The translations under genes and the position numbers were made by a program. From Methanomicrobiales archaeon (GTDB taxonomy: Archaea > Halobacteriota > Methanomicrobia > Methanomicrobiales > Methanoculleaceae): a DNA stretch of 43,068 nt. Positions within the stretch are counted from its first letter, which is position 1. Each line of letters begins with the position of its first letter. The stretch spans positions 1-43,068 of the forward strand of contig JAAYND010000135.1 of the NCBI GenBank assembly GCA_012521035.1. Reading direction: 5' to 3'. A model generated the notes under the pieces. That model was given only the letters and a program-made list of their open reading frames with translations. It had not been told where the DNA came from and did no database searches. Shown in pieces: positions 19,847-29,656 of this stretch.

Positions 19847-21490
19847 ATGCGGAGTGAGACAGTAAAAGCCGGCTACCAGCGTGCCCCGAACCGGTCGCTG
19901 CTCCGGTCGCTCGGTATAACCGACCGGGAGATGGACCAACCCTTCATCGGTATAGCAAATGCATACAATACCATCGTCCCCGGACATATCCATTTAAATT
20001 CCCTCTCAAAGAAGGTGCAGGAGGGTGTGGCGGCGGCGGGGGGTGTTGCATTTGAGTTTGGGACTATCGGTATCTGCGACGGTATCGCTATGGGCCATGA
20101 GGGTATGCGGTATTCGCTCCCCTCCCGGGAGAACATCGCCGATGCCGTCGAGCTTATGGTCGAGGCGCACCAGTTCGATGGCCTCGTCTGTCTCGGCACA
20201 TGCGACAAGATCGTCCCCGGTATGCTCATGGCGGCGGTTCGATGCAACATACCGGCGATCGTCGTCACCGGCGGCCCGATGCTCCCCGGTTACGCAGCAG
20301 GCCGGGAACTCTCCCTTATCGACGTCTTTGAGGGTGTCGGCGGTGTCGCGGCCGGCACCATGAGCGAGGAGGAACTCCGTGAGATTGAGTGTGCGGCGAT
20401 GCCCGGGTGCGGGAGCTGCCAGGGCCTCTACACCGCAAACACCATGGCGTGCGTCACCGAGGCGCTGGGCCTCTCTCTCCCTGGATCTGCTGCCATCCCA
20501 GCGGTCGATGCCGCAAAACTCCGCGTAGCCCGGGAGAGCGGTGAGCGGGCGGTCGCGCTCGTCCGGGAGGGGATCTGTCCGCGTGATATCGTCACTGAGG
20601 CGAGTCTCCGAAACGCCATCAGGGTAGATATGGCGCTCGGTGGATCGACGAACACCGTTCTCCACCTGATGGCCATCGCCCGGGAGGCCGGCGTCCCCCT
20701 CGACCTTGAGACTTTCAATGCTGCGAGCGAGGAGACCCCCCACATCTGCCACATGCAGCCCGGCGGCCCGCACTCGATGCTCGCCCTCTACCGGGCGGGG
20801 GGCATCCCGGCGGTCCTTGCGGTGCTCCAGCGCTACATCGATGATGCCCCGACGGTCTCGGGCCGCTCGATCCTCGAGATCGCGGGAAGCGCGCGGATCT
20901 CTGACCCGAGTATCATCAGGACGGTCGAAGACCCGGTCAGCCCTGCCGGCGGTCTGAAGGTTGTGCGGGGGACGCTTGCTCCAGACGGCGCCGTCGTCAA
21001 GTGCGCCGCTGTCCCGGAGGCGATGTGGCGGCACCGGGGACCGGCCCGGGTCTTTGACGGCGAGGATGCGGCTATGAAAGCGATCCTCCACCGCGAGATC
21101 CAGGAAGGGGACGTGGTGGTGATCCGCTACGAGGGGCCACGGGGGGGGCCGGGGATGCCTGAGATGCTCTCGCCGACATCTGCACTGATGGGGCTAGGTT
21201 ACGCCCGGGTCGCCCTGGTGACCGATGGCCGCTTCTCAGGCGGCACCCGGGGGCCGTGCATCGGGCACGCCGCCCCGGAGGCAGCGGTCGGCGGGCCGAT
21301 TGCCTTCGTGGAGGACGGCGATGAGATAGCGATCGATCTCTATGAGAAGAGTCTCGATCTCCTGGTCGATCCGGAGACCCTGGAGATGCGCCGGCAGGCC
21401 TGGAAGCCTCCCCACCAGGAGCTCACGGGCGTTCTCGCGCGGTATGCGCGGACCGTTGAGCAGGCGAACCTGGGTGCTGTCCAGAGGTGA
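19847..21490 (+). CDS. ilvD: Dihydroxy-acid dehydratase
   Basis: [38 protein letters not shown] and TDGRFSG motifs. Confidence 0.97.
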   Translation: MRSETVKAGYQRAPNRSLLRSLGITDREMDQPFIGIANAYNTIVPGHIHLNSLSKKVQEGVAAAGGVAFEFGTIGICDGIAMGHEGMRYSLPSRENIADAVELMVEAHQFDGLVCLGTCDKIVPGMLMAAVRCNIPAIVVTGGPMLPGYAAGRELSLIDVFEGVGGVAAGTMSEEELREIECAAMPGCGSCQGLYTANTMACVTEALGLSLPGSAAIPAVDAAKLRVARESGERAVALVREGICPRDIVTEASLRNAIRVDMALGGSTNTVLHLMAIAREAGVPLDLETFNAASEETPHICHMQPGGPHSMLALYRAGGIPAVLAVLQRYIDDAPTVSGRSILEIAGSARISDPSIIRTVEDPVSPAGGLKVVRGTLAPDGAVVKCAAVPEAMWRHRGPARVFDGEDAAMKAILHREIQEGDVVVIRYEGPRGGPGMPEMLSPTSALMGLGYARVALVTDGRFSGGTRGPCIGHAAPEAAVGGPIAFVEDGDEIAIDLYEKSLDLLVDPETLEMRRQAWKPPHQELTGVLARYARTVEQANLGAVQR

Positions 21491-21965
21491 TCTCTCATTT
21501 CAGGGCGGTCCCTCCCGGGACCACAGCGGCCGGTCTCGGGGCAGGTCGCCAATCTCCACCAGCCGGCCCTGGCGTACTGCTTCATGAAACGCTCCTCTGG
21601 AAGGCAAAATACTGAAAATAAGCCCGATCTCCCTCAAGGAGAAGAGCGCATACTCTTCACCAGCGTCGGAGCTCCGGAATTAAGCCCATCTGGTTAACAT
21701 GACCCATGTTTTTGATCACGCAGACTCCCGCATCAGGGTGCATTCAGCCTCCCTATCTCCTCAACCCGTGCATTAATGCACAAAGATGCTCCGGAATATC
21801 CGGGCTTTCCTGGCAGAAATGCCTCCAATTAATCCCGTCTCTCCCCTTCAATCACCCGAAAAAACCCGGGTGTATGCATTTTTAAGCTCCCGGGCGCAAA
21901 ACCCCCTCAGGCGCACACGCATCTACAGCGGGCGCCCTGCACTATCATCGAATGGAGTATACGAT

Positions 21966-22547
21966 ATGATAGAGAAGTTTCTTGAGGGAAACAAGCGATT
22001 CAGGGAAGAAGACTTCGAGAAGGACCCTGATCATTACAACACCCTGGCATCGAGCCAGCACCCGAGTGTCCTCTGGATCGGGTGTTCGGATTCCAGAGTA
22101 GACGCCGAGCGCATCACCGGCGCACAGGCCGGTGAGATCTTCGTGCAACGAAACATCGGTAACATCGTCCCGGCTCACGACTGGAACTTCGCGACCGCGC
22201 TTGAGTATGCGCTCAACCACCTCAAAGTCGAGGATATCATCATCTGCGGGCACTCAGACTGCGGTGCCATCAAGGCACTCGACCTAGAGAGCGACGATGC
22301 ATACGTCCCGCTCTGGTTGAACAACGCGATGGAGGCGAAACGCCGCGTCGAGGCCAGGATTCAGGTGCCGAAAACCCCGGAAGAAGAGAAACTCCGGCGG
22401 CGACTCATCGAGATCGAGAACATCGGTCTGCAGCTTGAGCACCTCCGCACATATCCGCCTGTCAGGGTTGCAGAAAAAGAAGGACGGGTCCGGCTTCACG
22501 GCCTCTATTTCGACCTTGCAACCGGGGAGTTGAAGAAGATATTCTAG
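21966..22547 (+). CDS. Beta-class carbonic anhydrase
   Basis: Zn ligands in WIGCSDSR and CGHSDCG, plus 'GEIFVQRNIGN'. Start at MIEKFLEGN. Confidence 0.93.
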   Translation: MIEKFLEGNKRFREEDFEKDPDHYNTLASSQHPSVLWIGCSDSRVDAERITGAQAGEIFVQRNIGNIVPAHDWNFATALEYALNHLKVEDIIICGHSDCGAIKALDLESDDAYVPLWLNNAMEAKRRVEARIQVPKTPEEEKLRRRLIEIENIGLQLEHLRTYPPVRVAEKEGRVRLHGLYFDLATGELKKIF

Positions 22548-22888
22548 GACTCCTCAAGGGCATACTCAATCTCTTCTTTTATCAGACCGAGCGATATCCT
22601 CCCGATCGATGTGAGCCGGCCGTTGACAAGGATGATCGGGATCGGCGGGTGACGCTCCTCGATGATCTTCCTGACGTATTCTGGTATCTCCTCGTCGATC
22701 AGTGTCATCTTCACTAAGACCTTATCGCCGTACTCGTTGAGGAGTTCATCGCGCAGAGCGCTGATGGCATCTATCAGGCGATTTGAGGGGTAGCAGGTCT
22801 CAAGCCCGCAGGATCGTGTCTCATCACAGGGAAACGGGCCGCACTCTGACTCCTCAAACCCGACTATCTCAACAGTCACTTCTACCAT
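22544..22888 (-). CDS. Small Cys-rich, thioredoxin-fold-like hypothetical protein
   Basis: CGPFPCDETRSCGLETC near the N-terminus and a 'PIPIILVNGR' cis-Pro-like motif near the C-terminus. Confidence 0.7.
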   Translation of the reverse strand: MVEVTVEIVGFEESECGPFPCDETRSCGLETCYPSNRLIDAISALRDELLNEYGDKVLVKMTLIDEEIPEYVRKIIEERHPPIPIILVNGRLTSIGRISLGLIKEEIEYALEES

Positions 22889-22916
22889 GCATCATCGATT
22901 GGGTGGTTATGAGATA

Positions 22917-23798
22917 TCATCTTTCGGCCACAGACTCAAGGAGCGCGCGCACCGCTGCCCTGATCTCACCCTCCGCTCCCTCGATCTTCCTGATATCCCG
23001 GGCCCGATCGAGACCGCTGAAGAGCACCGGCTCAGCTGGCTGGATACCCAGGTTCCTCATAAACGCATCGACTACAGGCGTTACGCAGGCAAACGGCTCT
23101 CTCCCCGGCTGTCCGGCGACGGCGATGGTGAGCCCACGGGCAGAGACCTCTTCGCCGAGGGTTTTTACCCGCGCGTGGAGCCACTGGCAGCGGTCCATCA
23201 CCGCCTTCAGGCCAGCCGGGACGGTGTTTGTGTAGACCGGCGTGCAGACGACGACGAGGGATGCAGACTCGATAGCCCGGATGATCCAGGGCATGTCATC
23301 GTCTATCGGGCAGTAACCCTCGTTGTAACAGACATAGCAGCCGATACATGGCCTGATATCCATCTCGTGGATGTAAAAGATCCGGGAAGAGAGGCCGGCC
23401 CGGACAGCCTCATCATCACACCATGATGCGGCGAAGGCGGAGTTCCCGAACTTTCGTGGGCTCCCCTGGAGTATGACGACGTCGCAGGCCCCATCTTTTG
23501 GGAGCGGGCGGGTAAAGACCCTCTTTCTCGTGTAGATCTCCGGACGGGACCGGACGTCGTGCGCGAGCCGCGCGAAGACGATCTCCGCCACCTTTCCGGC
23601 CTCAAAGAGAGAGCCGGGCGGCACCTCATAGGAGTTGATGGCGTAGGTGTAGACCGGCCTGGTGCCATAGAGAACCTCGATGGTGTGCCTGACCATATCC
23701 GGGTAGACATACCCGAGATCGCCTGTGCTGAGCCGGATGGTAAACGTCCCCTCAGGGGTCTCGATCTCCAGGGTTTTCTCAGTCGGCCCCTCATGCAT
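22917..23798 (-). CDS. Iron-sulfur flavoprotein / flavodoxin-family protein with N-terminal extension
   Basis: GSPRKFGNS, CIGCYVCYNEGYC and TPVY...VPA.LKA.MDR motifs after about 105 aa of unrecognised N-terminal sequence. Confidence 0.85.
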   Translation of the reverse strand: MHEGPTEKTLEIETPEGTFTIRLSTGDLGYVYPDMVRHTIEVLYGTRPVYTYAINSYEVPPGSLFEAGKVAEIVFARLAHDVRSRPEIYTRKRVFTRPLPKDGACDVVILQGSPRKFGNSAFAASWCDDEAVRAGLSSRIFYIHEMDIRPCIGCYVCYNEGYCPIDDDMPWIIRAIESASLVVVCTPVYTNTVPAGLKAVMDRCQWLHARVKTLGEEVSARGLTIAVAGQPGREPFACVTPVVDAFMRNLGIQPAEPVLFSGLDRARDIRKIEGAEGEIRAAVRALLESVAER

Positions 23799-23932
23799 CG
23801 CGCGTCACCCAACATTGTGCCGGCGCCACGAACCATGGTGAGACTGCATTCTGTTTCTGAATATCCCCTGAAGAGGTTCCCGGTCCGTCGTCACGACTAT
23901 CAAGAGATCTGATCCACATGCTATGATAGTTT

Positions 23933-24106
23933 ATGAAGGCTGTCCAGAGTCTTGAAGGTGGAACATTTGTTGTGGAGCCAGCCGATTACGGCATCCCCTG
24001 CGCCACGGTGCTCAAGATCGCCCGAACCGCGGTGATGGCGATCGATGTTATCAGGCGCGAGGAGATCACTATCGAACCGCTCGCGCACTACCGCGACCTG
24101 ACGTAG
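23933..24106 (+). CDS. Possible 57-aa small protein or gene remnant
   Basis: ATG...TAG ORF MKAVQSLEGGTFVVEPADYGIPCATVLKIARTAVMAIDVIRREEITIEPLAHYRDLT, below the track cutoff, followed by a T-tract. Confidence 0.35.
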   Translation: MKAVQSLEGGTFVVEPADYGIPCATVLKIARTAVMAIDVIRREEITIEPLAHYRDLT

Positions 24107-24177
24107 CCCGGTTCTCGCGCGCTCCTCTTTTTCGATTCGTTACAACGCCATTCTGTTTGAGATGCAAAAAAGGGGGG

Positions 24178-25050
24178 TTATGCGTTTCCAAGCCAGACAT
24201 CAACCCTGTCGCGGTTGGCGTTGACCCACTTCTGCGCGGCCTCCTCTTCAGGCATGCCGCCAGCGATATCGGTCATGACCAGAGCGATATCCTCGCCGGT
24301 CCACTCGAATCGCTCAAGGATGCCATGAGCCTCCGGGTCGTCGGTCGCGAGGCCCTGTCTTGCGAGGGTCACGATATCCTCGGCCCCGCCGTAGGTACCC
24401 TTCGGGTCATCGAGGAACTTGAGATCGTAACGGCCGAACTTCCAGTGCGGTGACCACCCGGTCACTACAACCCATTTCTCATTGTTGATGGAAGAACCGA
24501 GTTCCGCTGCCATGCCGGCACTGCTGCTCGCAACCAGATCATAGTTGAGGTCGTATTCATCGATGGCCTGCTCGGTCCGGGTCATGATGCCCGCACCGGG
24601 TTCGATGCCGACGATACGGCCGCCGAACTGATCAGCGACACCGTTCATCTCCTCGATCGAGTCGATGGTCACGTATGTCGGGACGACGAGACCAATACGC
24701 GCCGCGCCGGGGATGTTATCATTGACGTAATCGATCCGGTCGCCGTACTGCTCCCAGTAGTGTTCATGCGTGTGCGGGAGCCATCCCGTAGTCGTAAAGT
24801 CAACCTTCCCGGTAGCGAGAGCCTGGAAGAGCGGACCTGCATCAACCGCGATCATCTCAACATCGTATCCGGCTTCCTCAAAGACCTGCTTCATAACGTT
24901 GCTGCTCGCTATAGCGCAGTCCCAGGTGACGTACCCGATGCTGATCTTTTTTGCCTCGTCTGTGCTCGTATCAGTGCAACCTGCAGAGAAGAGGCAGAGT
25001 GCCAGGATAACGCCTGTCAGTGCGAGTAGGTTTCCAATCTTTTTAGTCAT
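24178..25050 (-). CDS. Glycine betaine ABC transporter substrate-binding lipoprotein (OpuAC/ProX)
   Basis: Lipobox LFSAGC, plus 'W..A', 'GWLP.TH', 'GIEPGAG' and 'GWSPHW' motifs. Confidence 0.92.
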   Translation of the reverse strand: MTKKIGNLLALTGVILALCLFSAGCTDTSTDEAKKISIGYVTWDCAIASSNVMKQVFEEAGYDVEMIAVDAGPLFQALATGKVDFTTTGWLPHTHEHYWEQYGDRIDYVNDNIPGAARIGLVVPTYVTIDSIEEMNGVADQFGGRIVGIEPGAGIMTRTEQAIDEYDLNYDLVASSSAGMAAELGSSINNEKWVVVTGWSPHWKFGRYDLKFLDDPKGTYGGAEDIVTLARQGLATDDPEAHGILERFEWTGEDIALVMTDIAGGMPEEEAAQKWVNANRDRVDVWLGNA

Positions 25051-25119
25051 AACAATCACATTTCATGGTTTCTTCTGTCAAACAAAGTTAGATTCATGGT
25101 TTGCAGGACCGGGATCCAC

Positions 25120-25965
25120 TCACCGCTCCCCATCATGCTGCGGTACGAGGTTCTGGGTGATCCGATCGAGGATGATCGCGATGATCACGATGGCAAGCCC
25201 TGCTTCAAAGCCCATGCCGATATTCACCCGCTGGATGCCCACGAGCACCTGGTACCCAAGCCCTCCGGCACCGATCATCGATGCGATGACGGTCATGGAG
25301 AGCGCGAGCATGATGCACTGGTTCACCCCTGCCATGATGGTGGGGAGAGCGACCGGAAGCTGCACCTTGAAGAGTTTCTGTCGGGGTGTTGAGCCGAACG
25401 CATCCGCAACCTCGATCAGTTCGGTCGGTACCTGCCGGATTCCGAGGTTGGTGAGGCGTAGCGCCGGCGGCATCGCAAAAACAACCGTCGCAATTGTGCC
25501 TGGAACGTTCCCGAGACCGAAGAAGATCACGGCAGGGATGAGGTAAACGAACGAGGGCATCGTCTGCATGAAGTCGAGGACCGGCCTGAGTGCGGCGTTG
25601 ATCGCATCACTTCCTGCAGCCACGATGCCGAGCGGGATCGATATCGCGAGCGCGACCACTGTCGATACGAGGACAAGCGCCAGGGTGAGCATGGCGAGGT
25701 TCCAGAGCTGGAGGTCCCAGATCAGGAGCAGACCGAGCATGGTGAGTCCTGGCAGTTTGATGTCGCGCCGGGTGACAGACCAGACCAGGGCAGTCACAAG
25801 GAGGATCAGGATCGGTGTCGGTATGGCGAGCAGGAGATCCTGCAATCCGCCGATGAGGAACCCGAGTACTGCACTGATGCCGTCGAGCAACCAGCCGAAG
25901 TACTGCTCGATCCAGTTGACGAATGCCTCGACGACCTCCCCCACGGGTAGTTTAGGTAGATCCAT
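25120..25965 (-). CDS. Glycine betaine ABC transporter permease (OpuAB/ProW)
   Basis: 'PVLDFMQTMPSFVYLIP' and an EAA-like loop 'LIEVADAFGST'. Confidence 0.94.
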   Translation of the reverse strand: MDLPKLPVGEVVEAFVNWIEQYFGWLLDGISAVLGFLIGGLQDLLLAIPTPILILLVTALVWSVTRRDIKLPGLTMLGLLLIWDLQLWNLAMLTLALVLVSTVVALAISIPLGIVAAGSDAINAALRPVLDFMQTMPSFVYLIPAVIFFGLGNVPGTIATVVFAMPPALRLTNLGIRQVPTELIEVADAFGSTPRQKLFKVQLPVALPTIMAGVNQCIMLALSMTVIASMIGAGGLGYQVLVGIQRVNIGMGFEAGLAIVIIAIILDRITQNLVPQHDGER

Positions 25966-27214
25966 TAATATCTCCCCTCTTTCGTGCCAGTGCGCCGAGT
26001 ATGGCGCCCCGGAACACCAATCCCCGAAGCTTATTTTCGTCATCAACCACCGCCACAGGATAGGGACTCCCGGCGATCAGCGATATGATATCGGTAAGTG
26101 ATGTGTCCGGCGTCACGGTCGGAATGTCGGTCGCGATGATCTCCTCAAGACCCCTGCCCGCCCGTACAGCCTCAAGGGTATCATCGAGTGTAACAAGGCC
26201 CTTGAGGTGGCGTTCGCGGTCGACCACGAATACGCTCCCGATATCATGCTCTTCCATGAGGTGCAGCGCGACCCGGGGACCTGCGTTGTCCCGCGCAACC
26301 GGTTCGGGACGGCGCATCACATCGCTTGCTGAGAGCACCTTTGTCATATCGACACCGGCAACGAACTGCTCGACGTAGGCATCTCCTGGATTTGTGAGGA
26401 TCTCTTCTGGTGTACCGATCTGGACGATCTCCCCATCCTTCATCAGCGCGATCCGGTCCCCGAGTTTCAGCGCTTCATCGAGATCGTGGGTGACAAATAT
26501 GATCGTCCGGTTCAGGCGCTGCTGGAGGTCGAGGAGTTCGTCCTGCATCTCACGCCTGATGAGCGGGTCGAGAGCACTGAACGCCTCATCCATCAGGAGT
26601 ATCTCCGGGTCGCCTGCGAGCGCCCGGGCAAGCCCGACCCGCTGTTTCATGCCACCGGAGAGCTGGGAGGGCATGCTCGCCCCATGCTCACCAAGCCCGA
26701 CCATCCGGAGAAGGTCTTCGCCCCTCCGGTAACGCTCCTCCTCAGGGATGCCCTGGATCTCAAGGCCAAAGGTGACGTTGTCGAGGACCGTCCGATGCGG
26801 GAGCAGGGCGAAACTCTGGAAGATCATACCCAGTTTGCGCCGGCGGATCTCTCGCAGTTCGTCCTGGTTCATGCCGACGATATCCTCGCCACCGATCAGT
26901 ATCCTGCCGCTCGTAGGTTCGATAAGCCGGTTGATACACCGGAGGAGCGTCGATTTTCCGCTCCCGGAGAGTCCCATCAGGACGAAAATTTCGCCTGGTA
27001 TAACCTCAAAGGAGACGTTATAGAGTGCCAGAGTATCTCTGGTCTCTCCATAGATCTCTTCCTTTGAACGACCTGAATTGCGAAGTTCCAGCGCTCTCTC
27101 TGGATCCTGCCCGAATACCCGGGTCAGGCCTTCCACGCTGATGGTTGATTGTACTGATCTTGGGTCTTCATCTCTGGGTAGTCTCTCGAAGATAACGGAA
27201 CCCTCCAACTTCAC
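25952..27214 (-). CDS. Glycine betaine ABC transporter ATPase with CBS domains (OpuAA/ProV)
   Basis: GLSGSGKS, LSGGMKQRV and MDEAFSALDPLIR motifs; C-terminal CBS pair. Confidence 0.95.
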   Translation of the reverse strand: MKLEGSVIFERLPRDEDPRSVQSTISVEGLTRVFGQDPERALELRNSGRSKEEIYGETRDTLALYNVSFEVIPGEIFVLMGLSGSGKSTLLRCINRLIEPTSGRILIGGEDIVGMNQDELREIRRRKLGMIFQSFALLPHRTVLDNVTFGLEIQGIPEEERYRRGEDLLRMVGLGEHGASMPSQLSGGMKQRVGLARALAGDPEILLMDEAFSALDPLIRREMQDELLDLQQRLNRTIIFVTHDLDEALKLGDRIALMKDGEIVQIGTPEEILTNPGDAYVEQFVAGVDMTKVLSASDVMRRPEPVARDNAGPRVALHLMEEHDIGSVFVVDRERHLKGLVTLDDTLEAVRAGRGLEEIIATDIPTVTPDTSLTDIISLIAGSPYPVAVVDDENKLRGLVFRGAILGALARKRGDINGST

Positions 27215-27639
27215 GAGTTCTATTTCATCACTATTATAATTATCCTTTTTAATAACTGGCGAAAAATCAGGGCGATTTTGGTTTTTTCGACGTTTTGCAG
27301 TGCTTTCGCAGATAGACTGTCATCGCACCGCAGATCTTTCAAATTATAGTCAGTTTGCCGGTTATCTCTCGTATAAAGTCTGTTTTTCCGGATCCTGATC
27401 TCCGGCCCTCTGGCCCCCGGAGCCCCGCCCGCGCGGATGGATGCTCCCCGGGCAGGCAGTATCACAGAGTGTGATCTGGTCTCTTCATGCGCCGGCAGTT
27501 TGCAGAAAATGTGCAGACGGGCCCGGGTTTCTTCAGGTGCGTCCATCCATACCACTCTTTTATTGTATGAGAGGTCATATCACTGTAGATTATTCCAGAC
27601 TGTCGTCAGACTGAGAACAGGAACACGGTGAGTTATAAC

Positions 27640-28827
27640 ATGGGAAAGGGAAAAATCGTCCTGGCGTTTTCGGGAGGTCTTGATACCTCCATATGTATCC
27701 CCCTCCTGCGTGAGCACTACGGGTTTGATGAGATCATCACCGTTGCGGTAGATGTGGGCCAGCCCGAGGCGGAGGTAGCCCGGGCCACGGAGAAGGGCCG
27801 GATGCTTGCAGACAACCACTACACCATCGATGTCAGGGAGAAGTTCGTAACCGATTATGTCTTCCCCGCGATCAAGGCGAACGGGTCATATGAGGGTTAC
27901 CCGATGGGCACGGCGCTCGCCCGTCCGCTGATCGCCGAAGAGATCGTGAGGATCGCAGAGGAGGAGGGTGCCTCAAAGATCGCGCATGGATGCACCGGGA
28001 AAGGAAACGACCAGCTCCGGTTTGACTTCGTCTTCAGGTCCGCCGGCTACGAGATCGTTGCACCGATGCGGGAGATGAACCTGACCCGTGAGTGGGAGAT
28101 CTGCTACGCACAGGAACACAATATCCCGGTGAGCGTGGGGAAGAAAAACCCCTACAGCGTCGATGAGAACTGCTGGAGCCGGAGTATCGAGGGCGGCAGG
28201 CTTGAAGATCCGGCATTCCACCCGCCCGAGGAGATTTATGCCTGGACGGTATCCCCGGAGAAGGCTCCTGATGTCATGGAAGAAGTCAGGATACGGTTCG
28301 AGCGCGGTGTTCCGGTCGCCCTCAACGGGAAGAGCCTCCCCGGCCTCGCCCTTATCCAGGAACTGAACCAGATCGCAGGGCAGAACGGCGTGGGCCGCAA
28401 CGACATGATCGAGGACCGGATCCTCGGTCTGAAGGCTCGCGAGGTCTACGAGCACCCGGCCGCGACTGTCCTGCTTGCTGCGCACCGCGACCTTGAGCAC
28501 CTTGTTCTGACACGGCAGGAGCTTGTGTTCAAGCAGATCATCGATACGAAGTGGTCTGAGCTCGCCTACATGGGGCTCGTGCACGAACCGCTCTTCTACG
28601 CGCTCAATGCGTTCATCGACACGACCCAGGAGCGGGTGAACGGCACTGTGGATCTCGGTCTGTATAAGGGTAGCGTGAAGATTCTCGGCCGAAGTTCTGG
28701 GAATGCTCTCTATTCAGACGACCTTGTCTCCTTTGACTCGACAACGATCGACCAGAACCACGCGATCGGGTTCTCGAACTACTTTGGACTGCAGGCGCGC
28801 CTGCTCAGAAATCTCAAGAAAGAGTAG
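27640..28827 (+). CDS. argG: Argininosuccinate synthase
   Basis: [31 protein letters not shown] and SIEGG motifs. Confidence 0.97.
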   Translation: MGKGKIVLAFSGGLDTSICIPLLREHYGFDEIITVAVDVGQPEAEVARATEKGRMLADNHYTIDVREKFVTDYVFPAIKANGSYEGYPMGTALARPLIAEEIVRIAEEEGASKIAHGCTGKGNDQLRFDFVFRSAGYEIVAPMREMNLTREWEICYAQEHNIPVSVGKKNPYSVDENCWSRSIEGGRLEDPAFHPPEEIYAWTVSPEKAPDVMEEVRIRFERGVPVALNGKSLPGLALIQELNQIAGQNGVGRNDMIEDRILGLKAREVYEHPAATVLLAAHRDLEHLVLTRQELVFKQIIDTKWSELAYMGLVHEPLFYALNAFIDTTQERVNGTVDLGLYKGSVKILGRSSGNALYSDDLVSFDSTTIDQNHAIGFSNYFGLQARLLRNLKKE

Positions 28828-28836
28828 GGAGGTGCT

Positions 28837-29241
28837 TTAGAGCACCCTCTTCCCGGCATCTTTTCCCGCTGTACACTCGAAGACATCAGTGATCTTGATG
28901 ATGATGAGCGATTTTGCTGGATATTTGTGCCCCTTTGTCCTCACCTGATCGCGGAACTTCTCGTAGTCGGGGCCGGACGTCCTGATCTCTGTTCTCCCTT
29001 TCACCTGAAAGCAGCGTTTGGTATCCTGATCGTAGAAGTAGAGCGCCGTGATGGGGTTTTCTTTGAGGTTTTCAAGCGTCTTTACCATGTAGTTGTCCAT
29101 GATCCAGATGGTATCGTCGCTCACGAGCTGGATCGATGCCATCGGCGCCACGTTCGGAATGCCGCTTTTAGACGCGGTAGCCATCGGCATCACTTTAGTC
29201 TTTATGAATATCTCCTTAATCTCACCTGAAAGCGCAACCAC
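28837..29241 (-). CDS. Pyridoxamine 5'-phosphate oxidase-like FMN-binding protein
   Basis: 'MATASKSG.PNVAP', 'KT.ENL.ENP' and 'FQVKG' motifs; GTG start. Confidence 0.85.
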   Translation of the reverse strand: MVALSGEIKEIFIKTKVMPMATASKSGIPNVAPMASIQLVSDDTIWIMDNYMVKTLENLKENPITALYFYDQDTKRCFQVKGRTEIRTSGPDYEKFRDQVRTKGHKYPAKSLIIIKITDVFECTAGKDAGKRVL

Positions 29242-29656
29242 GATTTATCTCTCCTCCGGGCAGAACAGACCCGGCGGGGCTGTAACCTGTCCGATATCGA
29301 GTTTATCTGCGTTGACCGTATATAAGGGCTCTGCCGGACGGGTGGTCGGGGTACCACGGGGTTGCGGCGAGATCGGTACAGAGCGCTCTCCCGGGCGGTG
29401 GACTGCGGTGGTATACGCCCGGGCAGGGTGGGGTTTGAGGAGGAGCGCTCCCGATATACGTTACCTTTTGCCCCTGGCCCGCCGGGCAGTTTCTGTCACC
29501 CCTCACTGCCAGGATCTGGTGTGTTGTCGAGGGATGAATACCCGGCGCCCTGATCCCGGGTGCCGGGGTGCTCATGGAAATTTCCCCCTGTTTATGGCCC
29601 TGGTTTGTATTGTGCGAATGGAAAAATATAAGCCGGCAGGCGAGGAAAGAACTAGT

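Noticed and set aside
17154-21091. Long antisense ORFs (17154..18092, 20006..21091 and similar)
   Set aside because: Typical shadow ORFs opposite well-supported high-GC genes.
29093-29656. N-terminal 188 aa of the 686-aa ORF (apparent fusion to marker 14)
   Set aside because: It overlaps the opposite-strand gene and intergenic DNA and has low-complexity composition; an open frame by chance in GC-rich DNA.
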